DNA of 64,000 bases. It comes from Octopus bimaculoides. Its lineage: Eukaryota. Position 1 is the first letter of the stretch, and every line of letters begins with the position of its first letter. The notes beneath the pieces are model-generated. The model had not been told where the DNA came from. It did not search any database and was given only the letters and a program-made list of their open reading frames with translations. Location: the NCBI RefSeq assembly GCF_001194135.2, contig NC_068984.1:91580748-91644747 (forward strand), read 5' to 3'. The position numbers and the translations under genes were made by a program. Below, piece after piece: positions 1 through 13,713 of the stretch.

Positions 1-149
1 ACACACATATATATATTCATTGACATAGTGGCAGAAGGAAAGAATGCAATAAAATACTTACCACACATGACATATAAAAATGCGTAAATAGTGCTTTTTC
101 AGGCATAAAAGAATTACGTCAGATGAGTTAGAGAAATATGCATACTAAC

Positions 150-263
150 CTGCTGAGCAGCAAATAACACTGGTGCTGTAGCTAGACCAAGCCTTAAGTC
201 AGCTGCTGTTGGTTTTCCTATAGTTTTATCGCAGGCCACAAAGTCCAGCAAATCATCCACCAA
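150..263 (-). CDS. PDSS1: PDSS1 exon with second Asp-rich motif (LVDDLLDFVACDKTIGKPTAADLRLGLATAPVLFAAQQ)
   Basis: Manual translation. SARM DDxxD and GKP..ADL.LGLAT.PVLFA as in human PDSS1. CAG acceptor, CAG|GTTAGT donor; 114 nt. The remaining 3' exons lie outside the window. Confidence 0.97.
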
Positions 264-411
264 CTGTTGAATAGATTACAATATGTACCATTATATATAT
301 AATATAATATATGTTTACACACACACACACACACACACACAGTTGGATATATGTCACAAGACTTCCTGAAAACAGAAACAAGAAATTATGGATTATCCTA
401 GAGTAATAAGA

Positions 412-672
412 TTATAATAAATAATAATAAATGCGCCCTTTTAAAGCCTAGCCAGGCTCATGGGCCCGGTTTCAATGGCATATGTGTTTCCCAGCTGGAT
501 GGGACACCAGTCTATCGCAGCGTTACTCATTTTTGCCAGCTGAGTGGACATGAGCAACATGAGATGAAGTGTTTTGCTCAAGAACACAACGCGTCGCCCG
601 GTCCAGGAATTGAAACCATAATCTTACGATCATGATGCTGACACCGTAACCACTAAGCCACGTGTCTCCACT
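412..672 (-). mobile_element. tRNA-derived SINE with (TAA)n tail
   Basis: Minus strand reads as a tRNA-like head (gtggcttagtggtta...gtttcaattcctggacc), a central gtgttcttgagcaaaacacttcatctc block and a 3' TTA-repeat tail. Confidence 0.7.
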
Positions 673-1180
673 AATAAGATTATACTCAAAGACAATTAGT
701 GAATACACACACACACACACACACACAAACACACAACATACATAATTAAGATTCTGTTGAATTAGGTATTTAAATTGAGGCACCCTGTAAGGTCTGTATA
801 ATCTGCACACCCAAACAATATTAATTGAATATTGAATATCAAAACTCTGTGCAGGAGTGTTTGCACCTGATATTCCTGCTGTGTGTGCAGACAACACAAC
901 CCAGCTGATTGAAGAGATCTGCTCCAGATAGTTCAGACATGTACTTTACATAAAGATACTTTTTATAGTATTTCCAAAGTGCAGATTTCAAGGTAGGTGA
1001 ATAAAACATAAATGAGTAATGAAGATGTACAGGTGTCAATTCATTACAGCCATTTCAAGTGACTCCTTTAATTGATTAATGAAAACATTACATAATATGA
1101 AAGAAACTGTTGTCATCAGATGACTGCATAGGCCTCAAACATACAGGATAAAAACCACTGCTTTAACATATATATCTACA

Positions 1181-2200
1181 TATCAGGTCATCTCATAAGT
1201 AATGTCCAGATTTTAAATAAGGAAAACAAGTGATCAAATCTTACATTTTAATGAATATAGTTTCCATGACCATCTATGACATCTTCCCATCTACTAGCAA
1301 GCTTTTTAATCCCATTAGTGAAAAACTCTTTTGGTTTCAAAGAGAAGAACTCTGAAAGGTCAGTTTTGACTTCCTCAGCTGTTTCAAGAGTTAATCCATC
1401 CAAATGATTCTGTAAACTACAGAGCAAGGTCTGGGGAATAAGGCGGATGAGCAATTTTCTCTCAGCCAAGTTCCTTTATCTTTTATGATGTGATCTTTGC
1501 AGTGTAGGGTCTTGCATTGTTCTGATGAAACACCACTGCCTTTCGATTCACTGAAGCAAGCCTTTTTTTCTTCAAAGCAATGTTCAAATGCTCTAATTGC
1601 TGATAGTAGAGTTGAGCATTGATTGTTGCATTAGTTGGTAGCAACTTAAAGTGGATGACTTCTTTGCGATCCCACCAAACAGAGAGAAGAACCTTCTTTG
1701 CACGGAGTTCTCTTTTAGTTGTGGTTGGGCCTTTTCCCCTTCACCAAGCCAATGTCTATGATGCCTAACATTTTGATAAAAGACCCACCTGTCTGTCCAA
1801 AAAGGGCGAGATGAGTTCATGAGAATGAAGTGAAGGGCAGATGTACACTCAGGATTTGTGGTTGGCTTCAGATAAATCATGAGGCACCCATTTTTCAAGT
1901 TTTGGGTCCTTTCCAAGCTCTTGAAGATGGTGGTGAACAGTTGTATGGCTTGACTGAAGCTTGCTTGCCAATTCTTCAACTGAAACTGTATGATCTTTTT
2001 CAAGTTCTGCCAAAAAGGAGCTTGTCATCAAACTCAATTGGCCTCATCCTCAAGACTGACATCTGCACTTTTGAGTTTTACAAACCATCTCCATAAGCTG
2101 AGTGAATATTTCAAGTTACTTCAGCTGCAGAGATCCCCTTTTTTTAAACTCATAAATGCTTCTCAGACACTTCCGTGTTTGAAGAGCTATAATTAGTGAA
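1181..2200 (-). mobile_element. Degenerate mariner (DD34D-type) transposon
   Basis: Fragments ...TTVHHHLQELGKDPKLEKWVPHDL... and ...EFFSLKPKEFFTNGIKKLASRWEDVIDGHGNYIH, broken by frameshifts. TA-flanked terminus tcaggtcatctcataag at about 1183; the other end was not found. Confidence 0.85.
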
Positions 2201-2557
2201 ATTTAAATTAGATTATCCTGCAAAATGAAATTTAATTACTTTAAATCTGTCCAAATACATATAAATATTACTCGATGCCATTAGATATTCTAAAATACTG
2301 TTAAAGAGCATACAAATTGAAAATATAGAAGTCCAAACATTATGTGTGTACCCACATACATGCATTCATCTACATTTTGATGTATGTGGAGTGTGTAAAG
2401 TGTTATACTTAAAAAATATGTGATGACACATTTACATACAAATGTAAGCATACATATATAATATATTCTCAAATGTACATGTATGTTTACACTTGCATTT
2501 GAATGCTTGAGAATATATATATATATATATTTGCATGTATGTATATATATATATATT

Positions 2558-4507
2558 TGGTAAATAAAGCAATTAAGAGTATGAAGACAGGGAAAGCCCC
2601 CAGCCCATCAGGAATCAATGCAGAGATGCTCAAAATATCTGGCAGTGTTGGCTACAGCCTAGTCACCCGTATTGTTAACCAGGTGATACACGAAGGAGTC
2701 ATACCCAATGACTGGTGTAGCAGCACCATAGTCAACTGCTACAAAAGTAAAGGTGATACTTTAGATACAAATAATTACAGGGGTATCAAGTTGTTGGATC
2801 AGGTAATGAAAGTCACGGAGAGGGTCATAGCCCAATTAATTAGGGAGAGAGTTAGTCTAGACGAGATGCAGTTTGGGTTTGTGCCAGAGAAAAGCACCAC
2901 TGATGCTATATTTCTGGTAAGACAACTGCAGGAGAAATCTCTATACCTGGCTTTAGTTGACATGGAGAAAGCCTTTGACAGGGTCCCCCGATCCCTTATC
3001 TGGTGGTCAGTGAGGAAATTAGGGATAGATGAATGGTTAGTGAGAGCTGTGCGAGGGTTGGCAACAAGTACAGTGAAGAATTCCAGGTAGAGGTAAGGGT
3101 CCACTAAGGTTCAGTCCTCAGCCCCCTCCTATTTATCACGGTCCTCCAGGCAATAACACAGGAATTCAAGACGGGATGCCCCTGGGAGCTCCTCTATGCT
3201 GATGACCTTGCTCTAATTGCTGAGTCACTAACAAAACTAGAGAAGTTTCAGGTGTGGAAGCAAGGATTCGAATCGAAGGGCCTTAGAGTCAACCTAGCTA
3301 AAACCAAAGTCCTAATAAGTAGGAAGGTAGACAAACCACATACCCCTTCAGGTAGATGGCCCTGCTCGATTTGTAGAAAAGGCAAAGGTAGAAACTCTAT
3401 AAGATGTACCCAGTGTAAGCTATGGACACATAAGAGGTGCAGCAATATCAAAGGAAGGCTAAATAGGAAGATAGTTTTTGTATGTGGCAAATGCTGAGGG
3501 GCAATAAACACTGAAAATGTGCAGTAAACAGCTTCTGTCACATTGCAGGGGAAAAAACTACAAGTAGTTGGTAGCTACAATTACCTAGGTGACCAAGTCA
3601 GTAGTGGGGGTGGTTGCTCTGAGAGTGTGGCTGCCAGAATAAGAATAGCTTGGGCAAAGTTCAGAAAGCTCTTACCTCTGCTGGTGACAAAGGGCCTCTC
3701 GCCCAGAGTAAAAGGTAGACTGTACAACGCATGTGTGTGAACTGCCATGCTACATGGCAGTGAAACATGGGCTGTGACTGCTGAGGACATGCGCAAGCTT
3801 GCAAGGAATAAAGCTAGTATGATCTGCTGGATGTGTAATGTTAGTGTGCATACACAACAAAGTGTGAGCACCCTGAGAGACAAGTTGGACATAAGAAGCA
3901 TCAAATGTGGTGTGCAAGAGAGACGACTGCCCTGGTATGGTCATGTGTTGTGTATGGATGAAGACAGCTACGTGAAAAAGTGTCACACCCTAGCAGTAGA
4001 GGGAACCTGTGGAAGACCTGGGATGAGGTTTTGAAGCAGAACCTTTGAATGTTGGGCCTCACTGAGGTGATGACAAGTAACCAAGACCTTTGGAGACATG
4101 CTGTGCTTGAGAAAACCTGGCAAGTCAAGTGAGACTGTAATTGTGGCCTATGCCAATGCAGCATAATCAGCCTATTTAAGAGTACCCTTCAATCATTGGG
4201 CAATAAACTGCACTTGCAAAGACCTGTTGAGGCAAGTCAAGTTGTTGTTGTGGCCGATGACAGTACCGCCTGATTGGTACATAAAAAGCACCATTCGAGC
4301 ATGGTCGATGCCAGTACCAACTGACTAGCCCTTGTGCCTGTAGCATGTAAAAAGCACCCACTACACACTTGGAGTAGTTGGCGGTAGGAAGGACATCCAG
4401 CTGTAGAAACATTGCTAGATCGGATTGGAGCCTGGTGCAGCTTTCTGGCTCGCCAGCCCTCAAACTGTCCAACCCATGCCAGCATGGAAAGCAGACGTTA
4501 AACGATG
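2558..4507 (+). mobile_element. 5'-truncated RTE-clade LINE (RT, C-terminal domain, 3' UTR)
   Basis: ORF pieces NYRGIKLL, QFGFVP, DMEKAFDRVPR, LLYADDL, LHGSETW, interrupted by stops and frameshifts. 3' tail ...ggaaagcagacgttaaacgatg. Confidence 0.95.
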
Positions 4508-5288
4508 TGTGTTTTTATGTGCATATATACTATATTAAAACAAATATATAAGCATAAATACAGTATATCTGAACTTACATACACAAAAACAAGATTTCAT
4601 ACAATGTATATGATTAGTCCTTGAAATTCATATTAACACAAGCATTAGGTCTATAGTTTTACATATAATATGTTCTATTGTAAAATATAGAGACATTTTT
4701 ATTTGCTGTAGTATAAATTCATGTAATATCATTCCAAGTGTGCGTACATAAGTGTTTACACATATATTTTATACACACATAACAGATCCATAAATGTAAT
4801 TCTATATTCAATAACTATACAAATATTTTTAGAATAGAATCATTATTTAAAATTAAAAGATATGTAATATATTTTTACAGTATTATTAATGTTATGATTG
4901 TGAAAATGATTATTTAATTTATGTAACAGTTTTATTATTGTAGTTGTTATTATTTACATTATTGATTTGAATATCTCTTATGTTACTTCATATGTTGAAA
5001 CAAATCTTGTGTATTGGGAGGGTCACTACATCAATAATAATAAACATATGCACTGGTTCGATATTACTTCTTTATTGCTAGTCAATCATTTGTTTAATGT
5101 GTTGGTTAAACAATCAATCAGTAGTTTGTTTGTCGAAGTCCTTTTGTCACTATTGGTGATCTCATCAATGACATGCCTCTTCTCTTCAAGAGTCTGTCTG
5201 TCTGAGAATTAGCCTTATGCCTGTGTGTATGTGGATGTGTGGTTGCTTACAAGAGAAGGGAAGGCTGAGAGCAAAAGAGAAGAGAGAG

Positions 5289-5975
5289 AGTGTGTGTGTG
5301 TGTGTGTGTGCGCGCATTGGCCATCCATAACCTCTTTAAGGCTTTAACCTTTCGCTGAAGGTCAGTTTGGTCTCAGATCTGCTGGGATTTGCTTGTCATC
5401 CCATAAAGATTTATGGGTGGAGTTCCTTATGTGGGGAGTGAGAGAGAAGGGGGTGGACAGCATAAGTGTGTGTGGGTGTGAGAGAGCATCCACATGAGCA
5501 TGCGTGTGAATGTATGTGTGGTTGAGTTGGTTCTGTGAGTGAGTGTATATGTACATATGTGTGTGTGTGAATGTGTGTTTGTTTATGTGAGTGCATTCCA
5601 GTATGTGTGTGTATGTGTATGATCCTGCATATGTGTGTGCCTGTGCATGTCTGTGTTCATGTGTGTGCATAGTGCATAGTGGATGAGTATGCTTGCGTAT
5701 TGGAATTGTTTATAATGCCATATATTTTCTTGTATCCTACTGTCATACAAGCCCTGCCCTACATGTACCTAGCTATGTGTGGATGTGTGGATGTGTATGC
5801 TTGTGTATTGGATTTGCTCATAATTACACATATTTATTTGTATGGATTACCTTGTATTCTACAAGGATAAACATACATTAACACACACAAGAATGTAAGA
5901 ACAAACCACCACACACCCATCCAAGCTCAGGTACACATACATACAGACACACGCATACAAGAATGAACACAGACA
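5289..5975. repeat. Cryptic (GT)n / (CA)n low-complexity tract
   Basis: Degenerate GT-rich then CA-rich repeats; the HTHT-type ORFs here are artefacts. Confidence 0.8.
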
Positions 5976-6667
5976 CATACACAATTGAATCAACCTAAAT
6001 TGGCCTCTATATAAAGTTAATTCGAGACCATCTAGCTTTTATATCCTTTTTTGAAACAATTAGTAAAATTAATCTCAATAATAGAAGTGTTATGAACAGC
6101 AATATTACGAGGGTAATATCAACAGTACTAATAATAATCCATGATTTGGGTGTAGAATGGGGCCAGATGTTTTGTTGTGAAAAGCAAAGGGTAATTTAGA
6201 TCTTCCAAGGAAGCAATTAAGCAGAGAAATGGTCAGTCTTCATCACTATATTAAATTAGCTCAAAATCCTGAATTTTTCTTCATCATATTTTGCCTTTTC
6301 TTCCTTACAATTTGACCATGAATTTTTATTTGTCTGTTTCTTTATGTCTGTATTTTGTATTTCCCTTATAATTGTGTTTTGTCTGTCACTATATCTATGG
6401 GTTTAGTTTGTCTACAAATTACTGAAAATAGCACACTGCTTTAGGTATTCATTCTAACACTGAGTGAAATGACAGTATGATCTAATGAAGGACTTATTTG
6501 AAATAATCACTAGAAGAAACATATTTTATGCCTTTGATGGATGATTGACATTACACAATATGTTAATTATATAATATCATCAATGTACTATAAATGTAAA
6601 AATGTGTTGAAACAATTGTAGTGATTTTAGATAAAGAACAAACAAACAAATATCCATCCATCCATCC

Positions 6668-6698
<31 letters not shown>

Positions 6699-7267
6699 TC
6701 TCCCTCTACCACTCTCTCTCTCTCCCCCTTACCCCTGCATGGTCACATGCTTCCGGTCACTAATCCTTTTCTTCCTTGGCTATCGCCGAGCAAACACGCG
6801 AACTTACTTCGTCCCCACTTTCAAGTTCGTGCCTCACAGCGTTCATATACACATAATTTTTCACGTCTGGCCGTATAGCCTTTTCCGTTTGTTTTCCTGT
6901 CTTGTTTTTTGTCCGCCACTACATTCCTCCATGGCACAGGTTTAATTTGTGTATACAAATTTAATTTGCGGTCCATGGGAAGAGNNNNNNNNNNNNNNNN
7001 NNNNNNNNNNNNNNNNNNNNNNNNNNNNNNNNNNNNNNNNNNNNNNNNNNNNNNNNNNNNNNNNNNNNNNNNNNNNNNNNNNNNNNNNNNNNNNNNNNNN
7101 NNNNNNNNNNNNNNNNNNNNNNNNNNNNNNNNNNNNNNNNNNNNNNNNNNNNNNNNNNNNNNNNNNNNNNNNNNNNNNNNNNNNNNNNNNNNNNNNNNNN
7201 NNNNNNNNNNNNNNNNNNNNNNNNNNNNNNNNNNNNNNNNNNNNNNNNNNNNNNNNNNNNNNNNNNN

Positions 7268-7338
<71 letters not shown>

Positions 7339-7600
7339 TATTAATAAGGTATTATCAATCTGGGAAAAATACTTAGTCTCTTTGCAAATACAGATATATG
7401 AAGCTAAACAAAAAGTTCTTTGATTGATATAGAACTCTAGGTAATCCTAATACTCAAACGTTTAAAGAAGTAAAGCCTCTGATGTTAAAGAATACTTACA
7501 TATAAATGAATATAAGTCTTGTATTAGCATTAATGTGATAATAGCATTAATACTTGCTAATTTCTTATTAGAAAAGGAAAAAAACCCAAAACAAACAAAC

Positions 7601-7681
7601 CTGAAAAGCTAAGCCTATGTGTCGGCCATAAAGGTAGGCAGTATTCACAATGTCATCGCAACAGTTTCCAAAAATAGCCAC
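7601..7681 (-). CDS. PDSS1: PDSS1 exon (VAIFGNCCDDIVNTAYLYGRHIGLAFQ)
   Basis: Manual translation. Matches human VSVLGCPDPVVHEIAYQYGKNVGIAFQ. TAG acceptor, CAG|GTTTGT donor; 81 nt, phase 0/0. Confidence 0.95.
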
Positions 7682-8212
7682 CTATAACGACCAAAGCATT
7701 ATAATTCAGCATGAATATTTCTCTAATATTAATTTTTGGGGGTCAAACATAAGATACATTTTTGCAACTGATATATGATACCTATTATATCTCCAGGCAT
7801 GAATAGAAGCATTGATCGTAACACAAATTGAAATGGGAATTTTAAAGGACTAAGTGAATAGTTAAAAAGAAAGTATATGTTTGAACATTTTGAAATAATA
7901 TAAAACATGGAAAATTGCAAATACAAGCAAAAGTGATATGCAATAATTACAGAGTATTAACTTATTATTCTTTTACAAGTTCTCTCTACTGAACTGCAAT
8001 CATGCTGTGGTACTACTATTAATGTAATCTTCAATCTGAGTTTGGTATTTGGAGAATGTTGCTGCTTTCATATGTGTTTCTTGCTGTGATCTTACAAAGT
8101 TGAACATCAAATTGTCAGTTAAATTTGTTGACATTAACTCTATTACAGATCCTTTATATTTTGTGGAAGATATTGAAAAGCTGTGGTCCTTTGAACCGGA
8201 GTTATTGCAGTA

Positions 8213-9691
8213 CAGTCTAACCTGTCAATAACAAACTTGTTGTTTCACGAAATGTTTGAACATTCATTACTGAGCAAGTTTTTAATATAAATATTTGTCA
8301 ATAACAAACTCTTTTTTGAGAAAAAAGTTATGAATTTAAGTTGCTTTCATGTATTTATTTACCTTAATTATGATTTATGATGCTCAATTCTTCTTTGCAG
8401 ATGTCAAATTCATAAGTCTTTTTTAGTCTCTTTTTACTGTTAATTGAGAGAATATTTTTTTCTGCTGAAAATATGTGCTTTAAGACTTTTTCCAATAAAA
8501 ATGGGTTTTAACTTCTCACCAGTTGCACTACATGTCAATAATATTGTAATTCTCTCTTTTGATTCCTTTAATTTTGTATTATCATCGTTAAGAAAAACAT
8601 AACTCTTAGTCGGCAATTTTTTGGAGAACAATGCACTTTCATCAGTGTTAAAGATATTTTCTGCATTATATTCAAGAAGCTTGTCTTTAAATTTATCATG
8701 AAATTCATTTATTTCATTTTCAGACAGGTCAACTTTAGTACCAGTTAGAGTTTTAAATTTAACCTTATTTCTTTTTAAAAAAGAATTTAACCACCCATTA
8801 CTGGCCTTAAACTCCTTTTCATCATTCTCTTTCACAATATCCAGAGCATTTTGTTTGATCATATTTACTGGGATTTTTAGTGATATAATATTTTTAAGGT
8901 GAAGTATATTTGCCACTTAAATGTGGCTGACCCCTAAGGGTGGATGTTACTGTTGCTTTTAGCCCCAGGAGAACATCTCCTCCAGTTCTTCAATAAGTGA
9001 TTCATCTTCTTTGGTCTTAATTGGCTGTAGTTTTTTTGTATTTAAATTCTTTCCTGATTGAAGCATGTCATTATAAGTACAAATTATTTTTTTCTCATTT
9101 TTTTAAAGTTTGGATATTGTTGATTTTTGTATGTTTCTTTTTTATATTACAAATGCAGCTTTGTTTTGTTTCAAATCATCAAGAATTTCATTTTTAGTTT
9201 TGATACAATATGCATTCCATTTATGTTCTGCCATGTGGTTGTATACTATTTTGCTTGTAATTTAAAAATGAAAAATATAATTTGTTAAGAATTTCCAAGT
9301 AAACTATAAAGATTTTGAAATACTAATAATGCTGTAAAAATAAAAACAAAAATATAAAGAAGTCTTGGAAGCCTTAACAATGCACATGGGTAAATCTCCA
9401 AGTAACAAAAAATCTGGTGGTACTGAGAGAAGGAGACGTAAGAGGAAGTGTAGAAATGCAGAAAGAGATGTAGAAGGTGTAAAAGAATGCAGGAAAAGTG
9501 TAAAATCTCGTCTCACATCTCTCAGATAGATTTTTAATCAAAAGTGCTTCCTTGATCCTTAAAGTCTATTAGTGTTAGTTTCCATTGTAGACGAAAAAAA
9601 AAAAATCTATTTAATGAAAATCTGCTAATAACGAACTTTTCTTTGGAGTTCGTTATATAGAGGGAAAATTCATTATTGACAGGTTAGACTA
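8213..9691 (-). mobile_element. pogo/Tigger-like DNA transposon, internally deleted, both TIRs present
   Basis: TIRs cagtctaacctgtcaataa (8213-8231) and ttattgacaggttagacta (9673-9691), TA on both flanks. ATG at 9234 with an HTH-psq-like N-terminus, then CENP-B HTH (FKASNGWLNSFLKRN) and DDE start (IFNTDESAL...KERITILL...GEKLKPIFIGKS). In-frame stops present. Confidence 0.9.
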
Positions 9692-10185
9692 TATATAGTT
9701 TTAACATGGATCAGAATTTTTGGGTATTATAAATTTCAGGTGAAAGTCTGTTCCCAGATCTTCCAGGTATAATTAACTGCAAATTATTGCTGTTTATTAG
9801 AAACAGTAATGACATAAGACCATTCCTTAAAGCACTCCATACTGAATTGTTGACTTTTTTGAAAGATTACTATTAGCAGAAACAATGTGACTTCAGTCTC
9901 TTAAAAGTTACACAACACCATCCCAGTTTTCTAACAATGCAGGGGACATATAACTTATGGTATATTATCCATTGAAAAGCTTTGCAAAGTACAAGGATAC
10001 TACTTCTGGCTGATTACTTGAGTAGCTTCTACAACATCTAGTTAAAAATCAGTTTCTCTTTGATAACTTCTTCATGACCTTCATTTATGTACACACAAGA
10101 ACAATCAGCTGGTTTCTAAATTCAAGCTCAGTTTATTGTAGGATTTTATATCATCTTTAGCATCAATATAATTGATGTCTGCCAT

Positions 10186-10520
10186 TGCATCATCATCATC
10201 ATTTAACGTCTGCTTTCCATGCTGGCATGGGTTGGATGGCTTGACTGAGGATTTGCAAGCCAGAAGGCTGCACCAGGCTCCAATCTGATCTGGCAAGGTT
10301 CCTACAGATGGATGCCCTTCCTAATGCCAACCACTCCAAGAGTGTAGCGGGTGCCTTTTACATGCTACCGGCACAAGGGCCGGTCAGGCGGTACTGGCAT
10401 TGACCACGCCTGAATCGTGGTTTTTACATGTCACCAGCATGGGGCAACGACCACGCTTGAATGGTGCTTTTTAAGTGCCCGCGGCACGGGACCAGTCAGG
10501 CAGCACTGGCATCGACCATC
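10186..10520 (-). mobile_element. RTE 3'-tail-related repeat ((GAT)n tail)
   Basis: catcatcatcatttaacgtctgctttccatgctggcatgggttgg... matches the reverse complement of the RTE 3' end at 4250-4507. Other copies at about 12680-13135, 19800-19975, 27030-27190, 27900-28097 and 46615-46980. Confidence 0.85.
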
Positions 10521-11850
10521 CTGTGCATAATTAATTAAAAATGAAGAATTTTCTGGCTAATCTAATGTGTACCATTAAAGCTGTGAAAACATTTAAAAAA
10601 TAGATGAGCTAAAGGAATCAATTCAAATACATCAATGACATGAATTTGAATTAAGGGGTAAATGCTGTACCAAAAAGCTTAGGGTACTGTCTTACAATTC
10701 TATATTTGTGAGATGCAGAATGTATATTTATATTAGTTGGACTGGTGCCCCCGTCTTGATTGCTGATTGTTGTATCAGAATTCCGAATGCAGAGAGCAGA
10801 ATGAGAAGTGTACCCTGTGGATCAAATAAAAGGTTAAGTTTGAAATTCTGATACAACTGAGTTCAATGCAAGACACCTGAAAAAGGCTGGAGCATACAAC
10901 AGCCAAAATGTAGTGAAATCAACAATCAAGATGAGGACATGAATCTGACTAATACAAATAGTATAAGTAATCTCTGATCTTGGTTTACAGGCAAGAGATA
11001 ATTATGGATTTGTTTCAGTTTGTCTCATTAGCAAGGTATAGTCAGCTCAGTTAAAAAACTATTTTACATACAAAGAAACAATTAGAAATAATTTTTGATT
11101 AGTATAACTTGCATAATTAAATAAATGAGTGAAGGGAATTAAACTCAAACAAGTCATTGGCAAAACTAGGTCAAATAAGTTTAGTGGTAATGTATTGAAT
11201 GCCACACACAAAAAAATTCTTAACAGAAATTTTCTTCCAAATTTAAGAAAGAAACACATACAAAGAACAGCAATTATTATTCATAACTCTTTTTCTGTGT
11301 ATAAATATAACTGTCAATTGATGAAGCAGACTTGAATAGACTATACTATCCTAATGAGTATAGGCTAAAAGATGTCTATAGCTGTTGTTCCTTGGCTGCA
11401 AAGAAAGATCAGACTTTTCCTTATGCAAATAAATTATCTTTGAGATTAATTTTTAATGTCTTGAAATTACCCCTCCTTTCCTTTAAGTGTTGCCAACAAT
11501 TACCTCTAGTTTTTTATGAAAATATTATTAACTGTTCAGTTTCCTACTTCCTTTTTGAATGAACCGTTTCCTTCAAACAATGGCTCTATTTGCAATATAC
11601 TGAAGATATTTTCTTTTTTTAATCTTATGAATCTGTAGAATGCTTTAGAATTTTTTTTTTAAATAGTTTTCTGCAGCATTTCTACTCTCTTATTTTCATG
11701 AGAACATAATATTCTGAAGTGGCATTTCCTTGTCAGTGTTTTGCCACTAAACAACTGAGATCTCTATTCATTGTCTTATGAGAATTATCTTCTCCCAGGG
11801 AATATTTTAATTTGGCCTTCCTCATGGGACATTTCTTTTTGGATCATATA

Positions 11851-12195
11851 CTCTTTTACTTGTTTCAGTCATTTGACTGCAGCCATGCTGGAGTACTGCC
11901 TCTAGTCGAACAAATCGACCCGAGGATATATTCTTTGTAAGCCTAGTACTTATTCTATCGGTCTCTTTTGCCAAACCACTAAGTTACAGGAACATAAACA
12001 CACCAACATCGGTTGTCATGTGATGGTGGGGGGACAAACACAGACACACAAACACACACATATACAATGGGCTTCGTTCAGTTTCCATCTACCAAATCCA
12101 CTCATAAGGCTTTGGTTGGCCCAAGGCTATAGTAGAAGACACTTGCCCAAGGTGCCACGCAGTGGTTGGGAAGCAAGCTTCTTACCACACAGCCA
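11851..12195 (-). mobile_element. Abundant tRNA-derived SINE (~350-400 bp family)
   Basis: Same family recurs at about 14155-14521(-), 14581-14790(+), 20290-20500(-), 21780-21955(-), 22330-22500(+), 25830-26040(-), 27765-27900(+), 37271-38030 (three pieces), 43480-43620(+), 43862-44265(+), 58208-58352(+), 61325-61626(-). Head ggctgtgtggtaagaagcttgcttcccaaccacatggttccgggttcagtcccactg; tail ...gtcaaatgactgaaacaagtaaaagagt. Confidence 0.9.
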
Positions 12196-13713
12196 ATCCT
12201 GGTCAGAGAAAACTATAGGTGGATTACCTTCACATAATGGATGTATTCTGCTAGTTTGTGAAGCAGATACTTAGAGTGCTGTTGCCTCTGGTTGGGTAGA
12301 GGATCATTTATTCCATTAATAACAGAGGCCAGTCAGAAATTCTACTTGTCTTAGGTTAGGCTGTGACATTCCTGAGAGAAGATGGCCTTCTGATTATCTG
12401 AAGCTGCAAAGATTGAAGTTACACAAAAAAAAAGACATTTAAATGTCGATCCACTTGGTTAATAATTGATCTGCCTTTCTGAGGATTTCCTCAAGTTTTG
12501 TACCATGATTTGAGGCACCAGATTTGTGATATGTATCAATGTTTTGATTCCTTTTATATATATATTGTTAATGTGTCTGACAATGAGTTTTAGTGTGATA
12601 ACCAAATAAAGAGACATCCTCATGAGTGTACACGGCAACTCCATCATAAATTTTTTCTTCCCTATAAATTCTGAAGATGATGATGATGATCATCATCATC
12701 ATTTAACATCCATTGTTCATGCTGGCATGGGTTGGACGGTTTCACCAGGCTGGTGCGCTGGAAGGCTGCACCAGACTCCAGTCTAATTTGGTGTGGCTTT
12801 CTATGGCTGGATGCCCTTCCTAACACCAACCACTATGAGAATGTAATTGGTGCTTTGATGTGCCACTGGCATGGGTGCCATTTGCATGACATTGGGGTGT
12901 TTTTACATGCCAATTTGCGTGACTCCGGTATCTGCCATGACTGCGATTTTGCTCGGCTTCAGGGGTCTTCTTCTCAAGCATGACATAAGGCTAAAGGTTG
13001 CAGTCTTTGCCTCTGTGACGCCCAACACTTGAAAGGAACTCAGCCACTTTGCCTCCATGAGGCTCAACAATTGAAGGGTATTCTTTATGTGCCACCAGCA
13101 CAGGTGTACTTGGTTTGTCAGGTCCTCTCAAGAACAGCACAGCACAACATCAAATATATTTTGAAATGTATATTTCTGCAACTGAATTGTTTCTTAATAA
13201 ATATATTTATCTAAGTATCATACAGTTAGTAAGGTCTCTCTCAGAAGGAAATTTTTGCTCTTATTACTCAGTTGTAAGAGTTTGCTTACTTATTTTATAT
13301 ATTTTAAAATGATATCATTTTTGTTTATTGCTTAAATGCAAAATGATGATGTCAGTTTTTCATAAACAACCACATAAATTGTATCTATATTAAGTTATTA
13401 TTGGTGCCATTTGGGGCTTCTGCACTATAAATCATTTATTTTGTATATTTATTTACACCTCATTTTATTTAGTTTATTAGCTGATATGCACATATTTTGA
13501 GTTTGATCCCAAAATGTTATAAAGCTGCATGAAAAAAAAAGTCATTAAATCAAACCAAGTCAAAATATAAATGCACAAACAGCACACTTAAGAGGACTGA
13601 AACCAATGTAGATAGAAATACTATTTTTTAAATGATCATTCTTCAAAATCTTTTTTTTTCACAGTTCTTAGAAAAAAGTTGAAAAATGAAATAAGTGAAA
13701 TGAAAATACTTAC

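Noticed and set aside
8440-8916. Domesticated TIGD/CENP-B host gene
   Set aside because: It is enclosed by TIRs and TA, has in-frame stops upstream, and the DDE domain is truncated.
11851-12195. tRNA genes suggested by A/B-box-like motifs
   Set aside because: All are SINE heads without a complete cloverleaf; no bona fide tRNA, rRNA or CRISPR array was seen in the window.
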